Part shown: piece by piece, positions 25,746-34,553 of the stretch
Layout of the letters: every line of letters starts with the position of its first letter
Numbering within the stretch: position 1 is the stretch's first letter
The notes under the pieces: model-generated
The model's input: only the letters and a program-made list of their open reading frames with translations
Databases searched by the model: none
What the model was told of the DNA's origin: nothing
IMG/VR virus record: IMGVR_UViG_3300008255_002410
Span: 1-61,734 of that record
Reading direction: 5' to 3' (one strand)
DNA: 61,734 nt
DNA from: a virus
Lineage: Duplodnaviria; Caudoviricetes
Translations under genes and position numbers: made by a program

Positions 25746-26197
25746 TTTCCACCAAATACCCCTCGAATCCGATCAAGTAGGCTTCGTTCTTTTGGTTGGA
25801 CGAGTCTTTCCAGGGCCTCTATGTCACCTGCGAAAGCACGACTCACAGACGTTTCTAGCACTTCCAGGTGGCTTAGTTTTTCTCTGATGACAATCTGAGT
25901 TTGCATGTTGAATCCATGTGAAAGAGTTTTTACTGCTAGAAACAGCTCCTTGTGAATCCTGGTCATCTCAGAAAGGTGTTTATACTGTATGGCGGTTACC
26001 CTCTCGAGCCTGGAGAGTCGATCATCAAGTTGCTTTGCCCCTATACCAGAATTAGACACCCCAGCACTCCAGAGTAGGGCATCCTCAATGTGCATAGTGG
26101 TTGTCGTGGGCATGTGCTCTCCTCTTAGCTCTAGTGTTAGACCAATTGCTTTTAGCAGATCCAGTTTACCAGGAAAAAGCTTCTTGATCCCACTCAA
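25742..26197 (-). CDS. Hypothetical coiled-coil protein
   Basis: 151-aa helical ORF with ATGA overlap downstream; start uncertain. Confidence 0.55.
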   Translation of the reverse strand: MSGIKKLFPGKLDLLKAIGLTLELRGEHMPTTTTMHIEDALLWSAGVSNSGIGAKQLDDRLSRLERVTAIQYKHLSEMTRIHKELFLAVKTLSHGFNMQTQIVIREKLSHLEVLETSVSRAFAGDIEALERLVQPKERSLLDRIRGVFGGK

Positions 26198-26218
26198 ACA
26201 TGGAGATACGCTTGGAAG

Positions 26219-26716
26219 ATGCCTACTTCAGATCCATCTGCGTTACCTCTGATCATTCAGCTTATCCAAAACGCAACGCCCAGGACTATCCTTGATGTGG
26301 GTTGTGGTTATGGAAAGCTGGGAGTTCTCGTTAGAGAGTACCTCGAGCCATCATCCTCAGAGGGTAAGCAGCTAAGAACTCTTCGAGTCGATGCTGTGGA
26401 AGTTTTTCAAAACTACTTGGGGCCCTTGCATGCTGCAGTCTACGACAGCGTGTATTTGGGGGATGTGAGAAAGCTCGAGATTCTAGGAGCCTATGACCTG
26501 GTCATCTTGGCAGACGTGATCGAGCATTTTACCAGAGAAGAAGGGCTTCTCCTCTTGAGTCGAGTACAGAAGTATTTGATCACAACTCCTGCCGGCGAGT
26601 ACCCACAGGGAGCTGTCTACGGTAACGAACATGAGAGACATCTCTCTCGGTGGTTTCCGAAAGATTTCAAAACCTCCCAGATCGTTGGCAGCGTCTTAGT
26701 GGGTTGGAACTTCTAG
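26219..26716 (+). CDS. Class I SAM-dependent methyltransferase
   Basis: ILDVGCGYG motif I, DAVE, YDLVILADVIEHF, HE.H.S.W. Confidence 0.88.
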   Translation: MPTSDPSALPLIIQLIQNATPRTILDVGCGYGKLGVLVREYLEPSSSEGKQLRTLRVDAVEVFQNYLGPLHAAVYDSVYLGDVRKLEILGAYDLVILADVIEHFTREEGLLLLSRVQKYLITTPAGEYPQGAVYGNEHERHLSRWFPKDFKTSQIVGSVLVGWNF

Positions 26717-28669
26717 CGGTTTCCAAACGGGAAGTCCCGAGGACTTCGTTTTGAGCACATCCAGGGAAACTCCACAGACTTGATCATGCATTGGGTCTTT
26801 TTTGCGCCGAAACAGGGCCAGGTAGGTTTCACTGCGATCCCCTACACGGAAGCCCACCCACTCCATTCCGAAGTCATCCATGAACTTTTCCAAACCTGAC
26901 TTCGAGACAATCTGTCTGTTTTGTCCAGGGTAGTAGGTCACAAGCCAGGGAGACTGTACGTAACCGTGGTCCTTGATGGCATCAGCAGAAATACCCAAAA
27001 ATGCCAAGATTCCACCCTTAGCCAAGTAGGGCAACAGTTTTTCTATGAGCGATTTTGGGTCTCGTGCCTTTTCTAAAAATTCGTTTAGCAGGATGCTTTC
27101 GTACTTGATTTCACCCTCGAGAGGTTCTACTTCTATGTCCCCTTGGGACAAGGTCACAAGACCCAGCTTTTCCTGACCATGTCTTACCAGAAATTCACTG
27201 ATCTCTATACCTGTGACTTGCCAGCCTAACTGTAGATACTCAAGAAGAAAATGGCCAGCCCGGGACCCAATTTCCAAGAGGTTTCCTTTATGCTTCAGGA
27301 ATTCTCCTAGAGTATCAGACACGGTCTTCGCTGTAGTTTTGATGTCAGCTTGTTTCTTTGTCGCTCTCTCGATAACAGAGTAATCTGAGTTCACAAGAAT
27401 CTGTTCGGAGGGGTTCATGGCAAGAACAGACCCACACCCAGAGCAGGCTCGGTAGACTATTGAGGACTTCATGCCCACGATTTCTTCTCCCCATTGGCCA
27501 CAAAAGGGACATCTACGTCTACGCTCTATTCCTGACGTTGAACAGGGGTTCTTGATTTCTACAAGGCCTTCTTCCTTGTTGAGTACTTTAGAGAAAGCTG
27601 CTAGAACTTGCTCCGGGGAAAGATTCGTGGCATCAAGACACGGGGTGGCGCTAATTACCCTGGAGTACCCTTCGTCCTCCATTCTGGGGCAGATATCCAC
27701 GTGTTGATGGCAGGGCACACATCTTCGGGTGCTTTGTACGGCGATGCAGTTTCGAAAATGTTCTACCCTGAGCCGTGCGTCAAATGCTCCGAAAAGTGCC
27801 ACCTGACGAATTCCCAGCGCCTGAGCGACGTGAAGAAAAGCACTGTCCACTGTTATAGCAGTTTTGCAGTGAGAGAGAATTGCAGCAGACACTCTGAAGG
27901 GGAATCGGGTTGGGCCTGGTGACCAGAGTGGGGCTTTGGACAAGCCAGAGAACCGAGTGTCCCCCAAAATCACGCACTGGTACCCCTGAAGAATAAGCTG
28001 ATTCAGTACGACCTGAGCAGGATCAACTCCGTAGGTTCTGTTTCTTGCTGAAGCTTGCAGGTGTAAAGCAATGATTGGCTTGTTCAGATCGAACCCTGCA
28101 TGTTGAAGTTCCAGAGCTCCACGGACAGACTCTTCTTGTGTCAGTACAAAGCGAGGAGCAAGGTCTTCCGGAACTTTCATCCTGCAGAGCTTGAACGGGA
28201 TTTCGTAGGCATTTCGGATTTCCGCTTCTGCATGACACTCAATGGAGTGGGTCAGACTGACCGCGTCATCGTACAGCTTGGCCTCGAGAAGATAATCTTC
28301 CGCGACATGGCTATACACAGTGTCTGGAGCATCTGGGTGGTGGTCGAAGATATCGTGGTAGGTGTTAAGGTGGGGGGTTGCCAGGGTGATTTTCACCCCG
28401 GGCCAGAGATTTCTGAGATGCCGCAAAAACGGGGTGATCATTAGAAGATCGCCAAGTGCACCTGTCCTGATAACAAAAAAAGAACACCTGTGACGGGCCA
28501 GGTTCTCTTGCACCATGTCATCCGGGGTGATGTCTCTAAACCCTCGCTTCTGTAAGTATCTTCTTTCGAGCAAAGAATCAACCTGGGCTATACCGTCTCG
28601 AATGGGGAAGTAGCCAAGCGTTCCTGTAGTCGTGTATTCAGGGGTATTTGCTTTCAGGAGCCAGGACAT
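26696..28669 (-). CDS. GT9 (heptosyltransferase-like) glycosyltransferase fused to a Zn-ribbon class I methyltransferase
   Basis: RTGALGDLLMITP, VDSAFLHVAQALG, LFG, C.PC...C...PCL; then CPFCG/CSGCG and LLEIGSRAG, GIEIS. Confidence 0.85.
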   Translation of the reverse strand: MSWLLKANTPEYTTTGTLGYFPIRDGIAQVDSLLERRYLQKRGFRDITPDDMVQENLARHRCSFFVIRTGALGDLLMITPFLRHLRNLWPGVKITLATPHLNTYHDIFDHHPDAPDTVYSHVAEDYLLEAKLYDDAVSLTHSIECHAEAEIRNAYEIPFKLCRMKVPEDLAPRFVLTQEESVRGALELQHAGFDLNKPIIALHLQASARNRTYGVDPAQVVLNQLILQGYQCVILGDTRFSGLSKAPLWSPGPTRFPFRVSAAILSHCKTAITVDSAFLHVAQALGIRQVALFGAFDARLRVEHFRNCIAVQSTRRCVPCHQHVDICPRMEDEGYSRVISATPCLDATNLSPEQVLAAFSKVLNKEEGLVEIKNPCSTSGIERRRRCPFCGQWGEEIVGMKSSIVYRACSGCGSVLAMNPSEQILVNSDYSVIERATKKQADIKTTAKTVSDTLGEFLKHKGNLLEIGSRAGHFLLEYLQLGWQVTGIEISEFLVRHGQEKLGLVTLSQGDIEVEPLEGEIKYESILLNEFLEKARDPKSLIEKLLPYLAKGGILAFLGISADAIKDHGYVQSPWLVTYYPGQNRQIVSKSGLEKFMDDFGMEWVGFRVGDRSETYLALFRRKKDPMHDQVCGVSLDVLKTKSSGLPVWKPLEVPTH

Positions 28670-29382
28670 AGCAGCTCAGCCTCTTCTCGATTACCCAGGA
28701 AATTGTAAGCTCTGGCAATCATGGGGTGATATAAAGTTGACTCCGCGCCTATATGCTGCACGTAGCTATCTAGCGTGATCAGGTACCCGTCTGTACGTTG
28801 CTTGAAAAGGAGATCATGCAAGTAGAGATCATCGGGTACACCTAATGGGAAGATGCCGCCAAGCTCTTGCAGGAAGCCTTTTCTGAAGATCAAGTTACAG
28901 CCCGTACCATAACGATTTCGAAATACAGGTACTCCACAAGAAGAAAAAATATCGGGTGCTTGCCCCTTATAGAAGTAGTTAAACAGGCTGACTATTTTGA
29001 CTCCAGCCAAGACGTTCACCGGGTCCAGTACGAGTCTGGTTCCCAGGTTAAGCCAGCCCGGAGCGTAGACAACATCATTATCCGCCAGGACTAAGACTTC
29101 TCCGCGAGCAGCATAAATCCCCATGTTGTTTGCATGGGATACGCCTTTCGGTTCATCCGAATTCGTTACCGTTTGAACAAAGATCCCTTGGTCTGGCTGG
29201 TTATGCTTTTGACAAAGCGCGTGAAGCACGCTCTTTGTTTCTTGGTTGCTACCGTCATCACACAGCAGCACCTGTACAGGTGTGTATCGGACTTGCTGAA
29301 GAAGCGACTCTACTGACTTCCAGGTCAGTTTGGGACGGTTGAAAACGGAAACAATGACAGAAACAAGAGGATTCTTTTGCAT
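28654..29382 (-). CDS. GT2 family glycosyltransferase
   Basis: VSVIVSVFNR, CDDGS, G.SHA.N.G, DND (DxD motif). Confidence 0.88.
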   Translation of the reverse strand: MQKNPLVSVIVSVFNRPKLTWKSVESLLQQVRYTPVQVLLCDDGSNQETKSVLHALCQKHNQPDQGIFVQTVTNSDEPKGVSHANNMGIYAARGEVLVLADNDVVYAPGWLNLGTRLVLDPVNVLAGVKIVSLFNYFYKGQAPDIFSSCGVPVFRNRYGTGCNLIFRKGFLQELGGIFPLGVPDDLYLHDLLFKQRTDGYLITLDSYVQHIGAESTLYHPMIARAYNFLGNREEAELLCPGS

Positions 29383-29385
29383 AAG

Positions 29386-29419
29386 AAGACGCCCCGGACA
29401 TTATGCCACGGGGCGTCTT
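29386..29419 (-). terminator. Stem-loop between the repeat protein and GT2
   Basis: aagacgccccg / cggggcgtctt 11-bp inverted repeat ending 3 nt before the GT2 ATG. Confidence 0.45.
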
Positions 29420-29442
29420 TGACTTCAACGATCTTTTGTAGA

Positions 29443-30093
29443 TTAGCTGAGGTACATGTACTGAACGGTGAACGGGTCTCCCTCCATGGGGTACGCCTGA
29501 CTTCCAGAGGTGCACCAGACTGTGGCGCCATCCAGAGCCCAGCGAGATTGTTCCTGCGGCACATCGGCGGTAACGAGGAACGCACTGGCCTGGTTGACCG
29601 GGATGTTAGACAAGACCCAGGCTGTTCCGCTGGTACTCACATACGTGGAGTTCAGGACCTCGAAGGCCCAGACAGGGGGGTTGGTGAGTTTCGAGTAGGC
29701 CAGCCCTGAGACGTGGGCATCGTCGACGGCACCTGCGGTGATGTGCGCAGAATCAACAGCGTTGTTCGCTAGCTTGGCTCCTGTGACTGCAGCGGCACCT
29801 AGTGCGGTCGTATCCACGGCCCCTGCAGCGAAGTGCTCGGCGTCGATTGACCCGGCAGCGTAATGTTCGGAATCGATGGCATCGTTAGCCACGTGGGTTC
29901 CGAGGATGTCACCCGGTGCCAAAGCTCCAGAAACAGCTCCCACAGCGAGGTGTGCGGCATCAATTGATCCAGCAACGTAGTGTTCGGAATCAATGGCAGT
30001 GTTGGCGATCTTCGTTCCCGTGACAACCCCATTGCCAAGAAGTCCGGTGCCAATGGATCCAACTAAACCTTGTGTACCCAATCTGATTGCCAT
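29443..30093 (-). CDS. Virion decoration/fibre protein with ~10-residue A(V/I)D..H/AVT..K.A repeats
   Basis: AIDSEHY.AGSIDA.H occurs twice; AVTGAKLA; C-terminal baseplate-type repeat domain; GAGG SD. Confidence 0.75.
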   Translation of the reverse strand: MAIRLGTQGLVGSIGTGLLGNGVVTGTKIANTAIDSEHYVAGSIDAAHLAVGAVSGALAPGDILGTHVANDAIDSEHYAAGSIDAEHFAAGAVDTTALGAAAVTGAKLANNAVDSAHITAGAVDDAHVSGLAYSKLTNPPVWAFEVLNSTYVSTSGTAWVLSNIPVNQASAFLVTADVPQEQSRWALDGATVWCTSGSQAYPMEGDPFTVQYMYLS

Positions 30094-30230
30094 GGAGATT
30101 ACCTCTCTTTGATATCCGAGTTAGCTGTAGGCTGCTTTCCAGTGTCCCAGCTAGAGCCAACTAGAGTTTACCATAAAACTAGAAATCAAAGAGGCCTACT
30201 GGTACCCTTGTAAAAAAGGAGGCTCCCTGT

Positions 30231-30881
30231 ATGAAAAAGTCACAATTCCCGTTCTACACTCCACCTGAGGAAGAGCTGTGCAAGAAGCTTGGCGCTATCA
30301 GTGTTACCCTTCGCCAGGTAGTTTTGTGTCGCGATGTTCCGCATCTCAACATGCGGGTCCGGGTTCTCTGGCTTCTCATGAATCCCGACATCGGGGGGGT
30401 ATGGCGGCGACATCCTAACCCGCCTACGTCCTGGCTGCTTGCGATTAGCGGCAAAACCTATACTTTGATTCAGGAAGGCGTCAGCCTGGAAGCTGGGAAC
30501 TCCGCCACAGATCCAACCACAGCAGCTGCTCTTTTGATTGGCCAACAGACGCTTCATCTTGGGTACTTGGCCGAATCAGACCCAGACGCCTTGCCTGATG
30601 CCCTTCGAGAGGCCGCCCCCATGAATGAGGTTGAAGAGATCCTTGACGCCGGCGTCAAGGAAGAAGAGGAGGATGATCAAGTGGTTGCATCTACAGCTGG
30701 CGAAGATGGAGAGCCTGTTAATGAAGAGGCATTCTCTGAAGAGCCCGGACAGATCGACGGGCAAGAGATTGTGATCGAGTCAGCGGATGACTTCGTGTTC
30801 GAAAACGAAGAGGAAGCGGTCCCTGAGCTTCCCCCTCCGCCGCCCAAGAGGGGCGGACGGAGAGGAAAGAACAAGGCCTAG
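30231..30881 (+). CDS. Hypothetical protein with acidic and Pro/basic tail
   Basis: AAGGAGG SD; Glu/Asp-rich C-terminal half ending PPPPPKRGGRRGKNKA. Confidence 0.75.
   Translation: MKKSQFPFYTPPEEELCKKLGAISVTLRQVVLCRDVPHLNMRVRVLWLLMNPDIGGVWRRHPNPPTSWLLAISGKTYTLIQEGVSLEAGNSATDPTTAAALLIGQQTLHLGYLAESDPDALPDALREAAPMNEVEEILDAGVKEEEEDDQVVASTAGEDGEPVNEEAFSEEPGQIDGQEIVIESADDFVFENEEEAVPELPPPPPKRGGRRGKNKA
30640..30661. repeat. Palindrome copy 4, extended to 22 bp (TCCTTGACGCCGGCGTCAAGGA)
   Basis: Exact core at 30643-30658, inside a CDS (encodes LDAGVK). Confidence 0.95.
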
Positions 30882-32914
30882 TCGTCCAGGCCATCCACAT
30901 ACTCGATATTCTCTTGGGTTGCTTCTTCTTTGAAGCTTGCTTTCTGCTCGATTTCTTCGTCACTGCGAACTCTGGGGACATACCCCTTGTTGGCAGCTTT
31001 GATCAATTCCTTGGCATTCTCAATCGCCTTGGCTGCTGTTTTTTCTCCTAGAACTCCCTCGAGCTGTTGTCGGTTAGCTCTTAGGAGATCCTGTAGGGTC
31101 TTGATTCCAGCTCGCCACAGCACCACGGCTCGTTTACCTCCAATGCCGTCGATGGTGCAGAGGTCAACTAGACCATCCTTTACGCCGTACTTGACCCTGA
31201 GTGCAATTCTCTTGGGGTCCACAACGATGCTGCAAGCTTGTCTGACGGCGTGTAGAAACGTGCCCGTTCTTTCGATATCAGCACGTATTCCGTAAACCAG
31301 AGGACCAAAGTTCCACTCTCTTGGGTCTACGTTCAAGGACTCGATGTAGGCAGAAGCCACTTTGGCAACTCCACCAGACCCATACTGGACCCGAAGTTTG
31401 TACTGATCTGTTGAGGAAATAAAACCATCTTGGTTTGACTTGACGTCAGCTAGAGCAATTGCGATCTCTTCGTCTCTGGCATCCTCTTGAAGACGGCGGA
31501 AGTTCTTCACCCAGCCATAGGCATCATGGACGTCCATGTACAACTTTGAGGCTGTCTGTCCCAGAAAGGTGGCAGTCCATGGGCAGGTTTTGTGGACCAT
31601 CCCATACTGAACAAGCTGAGCTACGGCAGCCTCCAAGACATCCCAGTCCACAGTATTCTGAAACCTGGCAAAGGTATGTTCGTACCAGTCTTGCAAGCTC
31701 TCTTCATCCATGACCTCTTCGGCGACGATGCTGGCCAGGATGTGGAAGGCCAGCTGTTTAGATATCTGAGAGTTCACGTAGCAAGGTCCGGCGAGCTGAC
31801 GCTCGATGGCCCGCTTCTTATCGGGCACGCAAAAGATGTGGACGTACCCCTTCTTGTGATACTGAGGACGGCCAGCTCGACCAGCCATTTGCCGGCGGAT
31901 ACTTTGGCCCATGGGAGTAATACCCAGCTTTTCATGGACAATTGCCACATGCTCCGCGGGTAGGTTGCAGCCAATAGCCAGTGTTGTGGTGGCGGCAATG
32001 GCTCCCAGAGAGCCTTCCCTGAATCGCTGCTCCACACTCTTTCTCTCTGACCTGTCTCGATCTGCGTTATGAATGCCAACTTCAACATCAAGTCCCGCTT
32101 TTTGGACACGCTTGACGAACTTGGTACACCACATCTTATTACCTGAGAAGAACAAGCACTGAGCCTCACCCAGACTTTCCAGGAGGTCAACAGCTGCGTC
32201 AAGCCGGGCGTTCTCTTCGACCCAGTAGCTCCCGTTTGGGATGGTATGCCAGATGTACTCGAGTTTGACGGCCCGCCACTTCGAGGTGTAAGTCTTGGTG
32301 AGTCTTCCGGTCACCTCGTCCAGCCATGCCTTGATATTGCTGACATTGTCCATTGTGGCTGAGAGCGCCAGGATACGGCAACCATGAATGTTCTTGCCAA
32401 ACCGCATGATAGCTGCCTCGAGTTTGTCTCCACGACTTGGGTCATCAATCGTGTGAAACTCGTCAATGATCCAGGCGCCACCTTGGAACAACCAGGCGTT
32501 GTTTTCTGAACTACGGTTTCGAATCCTGGCGTCCATCATTTCTGGAGTCATCAGAACGATGTCAGCCTTATCTAGACTCATTTTCTTTCTCTCGGAAATA
32601 GTGTAGTCCCCTGTGAGGACTTCCACTTTTGCGTCAGGAAAGAAGGCTCGGCACTCATCAAGCTTCTCTTCCACCAGGGCCTTCAGAGGCCCCGTGTAAA
32701 AGACCTTTCGCCTGGGGCCCTCAAGCGGGTTGAGGGTCATGGCGATCAGAGCTAACATGAGTTCTGTCTTACCACTACCAGTCTCGGCGCAGACAACCAG
32801 GTTGGAGTCTATGTCCTCGAGAACCAGCGGGATGGCTCCCGACTGCATCTCGTTATACTCGGAGTAGGGCCGAGTCAGCCCGTAAGGCGATACAACTTTT
32901 GTCGAAAGTCCCAC
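30878..32914 (-). CDS. Ski2-like SF2 helicase (Hel308/Hjm-like) with C-terminal HhH
   Basis: AETGSGKT, PLKAL..EK, TGD, TPE..D, IIDEFH....RG..LE, LSATM.N, WR.V.L, ATTTLA.G.NLPA, QMAGRAGRP, IDGIG.KRA..L..AG. Confidence 0.88.
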   Translation of the reverse strand: MGLSTKVVSPYGLTRPYSEYNEMQSGAIPLVLEDIDSNLVVCAETGSGKTELMLALIAMTLNPLEGPRRKVFYTGPLKALVEEKLDECRAFFPDAKVEVLTGDYTISERKKMSLDKADIVLMTPEMMDARIRNRSSENNAWLFQGGAWIIDEFHTIDDPSRGDKLEAAIMRFGKNIHGCRILALSATMDNVSNIKAWLDEVTGRLTKTYTSKWRAVKLEYIWHTIPNGSYWVEENARLDAAVDLLESLGEAQCLFFSGNKMWCTKFVKRVQKAGLDVEVGIHNADRDRSERKSVEQRFREGSLGAIAATTTLAIGCNLPAEHVAIVHEKLGITPMGQSIRRQMAGRAGRPQYHKKGYVHIFCVPDKKRAIERQLAGPCYVNSQISKQLAFHILASIVAEEVMDEESLQDWYEHTFARFQNTVDWDVLEAAVAQLVQYGMVHKTCPWTATFLGQTASKLYMDVHDAYGWVKNFRRLQEDARDEEIAIALADVKSNQDGFISSTDQYKLRVQYGSGGVAKVASAYIESLNVDPREWNFGPLVYGIRADIERTGTFLHAVRQACSIVVDPKRIALRVKYGVKDGLVDLCTIDGIGGKRAVVLWRAGIKTLQDLLRANRQQLEGVLGEKTAAKAIENAKELIKAANKGYVPRVRSDEEIEQKASFKEEATQENIEYVDGLDD

Positions 32915-33888
32915 TGTGGAATCCTCCCGCTTGCCAGGTGAGCATAGACCCGCCGGTCTATGAGCATGGCATGTTCTTTCCTCTCCCTGACAATTGCCTG
33001 GGGGGTATCATTAGCGTCCTTGAGTTCTACTCGGCCAAGTCGTGTTGGTAGGGGGGCAATGCGTACTTCAATATCGTGAGCCCAAAGCTCATCAATCTGA
33101 CGAATCAAGTCTTTGGGTGATAGGCCCCGGTTGTCGGGGATGAGACAAACTTGTTTCACCCCGGCTTGTAACATGAGTCGGACCTGAGCAAAGTGGATTT
33201 TCTTACCAAAGACACAGACCGCAGTAGGTCCAACCCAGATAGCATCAAACACACCCTCTAACAGTTCGACACGACCATTGCCTGCTGTTGTTGCAGCTTC
33301 CAGGTTAAAAACTGTAGTACTAGCAACTTTTGGGCTGATAGCAGCAACTGAGTTGTAATACTTGTTTGGCTGCTTTCCGGTGATGTCTCTTCCCACAAAG
33401 TAGACACACCGACCCTGTTCAAAGATAGGGACCATGACTCTATCGAAAATCTTGGTTCGCCACTTGGGTTGTCCCTCATGTTGAGCGAATCGGATTCGAT
33501 AGTGGCGTATTACTTTTGCTGAAAACCCTCTACCTAGTAGATAGGCAAGAGCATCCGCATGTCGGAAGATGTCATCAAAGAGTTTCTCCCAGGCAAAGAA
33601 GGGGAGCTTTCTTGGAACCCACTTCTTGTTCGTGACAACAAGGTCTGATTTGGCGAGTTCCTGGGCCTCATCATCAGTGTACCCAAGAACTTCACGTAGG
33701 TATCCTCGGACTGTGTTCTGGGGCCAAGAAAGGTGTCCCTTGAAGCAATGGACTCTGCCTGTCTTCAGGTTGAAGCCAAGTTTTGGGGAGTCTCCTCCAC
33801 ATTGAGGGCAGACTGCGTTGAACCAGTCCCCAGAGCGTCCTTGAACATCAAGCCTTTCAAGAGCTTTCGGGACGTGCTGGATGCTCAT
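32875..33888 (-). CDS. DNA primase (DnaG-type, Zn finger plus Toprim)
   Basis: CPQCG...HCF; YL..RG; R.MVPI......F.GR; EGVFDA; PDN; KDAND. Confidence 0.88.
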   Translation of the reverse strand: MSIQHVPKALERLDVQGRSGDWFNAVCPQCGGDSPKLGFNLKTGRVHCFKGHLSWPQNTVRGYLREVLGYTDDEAQELAKSDLVVTNKKWVPRKLPFFAWEKLFDDIFRHADALAYLLGRGFSAKVIRHYRIRFAQHEGQPKWRTKIFDRVMVPIFEQGRCVYFVGRDITGKQPNKYYNSVAAISPKVASTTVFNLEAATTAGNGRVELLEGVFDAIWVGPTAVCVFGKKIHFAQVRLMLQAGVKQVCLIPDNRGLSPKDLIRQIDELWAHDIEVRIAPLPTRLGRVELKDANDTPQAIVRERKEHAMLIDRRVYAHLASGRIPQWDFRQKLYRLTG

Positions 33889-34223
33889 CTATTCGGGGTT
33901 CGTCCAGCACGGAGCCTGGACATCCACTGGTCTACTGTTTCTCCACGCCGTAACTGGTCCTCGCGTCGTGATCGTTGAGGCTTAGTTCGTGGTTGCAATA
34001 CTTTGGCTTCAACGGCATCCTGTTCCAAAGACATGAGCAAGTCAGTCCGGTTCAACTTTCCTTGAGGGGACACGTTCCTGTATTTTTCCTTTGGTTTCTC
34101 CGCCCGAAATTCCTTGGGCAGAGTTTTTTCTCCGTCTTGCTCTGTTTCACAAGCGTAGCAAAGCCCTGTATAGCTATCACTTGGAGCTTCTTCCTCGTTG
34201 CATATCCAGCAGATCGCTGCCAT
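33885..34223 (-). CDS. Hypothetical Zn-finger protein
   Basis: CWIC...CYAC; AAGGAG SD; ATGA overlap with the primase. Confidence 0.65.
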   Translation of the reverse strand: MAAICWICNEEEAPSDSYTGLCYACETEQDGEKTLPKEFRAEKPKEKYRNVSPQGKLNRTDLLMSLEQDAVEAKVLQPRTKPQRSRREDQLRRGETVDQWMSRLRAGRTPNR

Positions 34224-34229
34224 TTTCAG

Positions 34230-34553
34230 CTACTCCTTGAACTTGAGCTTCCCAGACTGAACAGCTGTATCAAGCGCCTTGTCGATTTCCTTTGGGCTGT
34301 GCTTGTCAGGAAAGCGTGTAAGGACCTCTCTGCGGAACTCTTCTCTCGTAAGCAACTCAGGCTGGCTGTCAAGACACGCCTCTGGCTGCTGCAGGTGTGT
34401 CCGAATCTTGGTTGCGTTGATCAACACCCTATCCAGAAGCATCTTCTGGTCCAAACTCAAGTGCTTGGCAATTTCTGAGTTCTGTTCCAGAGACATCAAG
34501 AAGTTGGCCTGGTCCAAAACCAGGGTATAAAACAAGTCATCAAAGTTGCTCAT
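34230..34553 (-). CDS. Hypothetical protein
   Basis: 107-aa ORF with ATGA overlap to the DnaB stop. Confidence 0.65.
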   Translation of the reverse strand: MSNFDDLFYTLVLDQANFLMSLEQNSEIAKHLSLDQKMLLDRVLINATKIRTHLQQPEACLDSQPELLTREEFRREVLTRFPDKHSPKEIDKALDTAVQSGKLKFKE

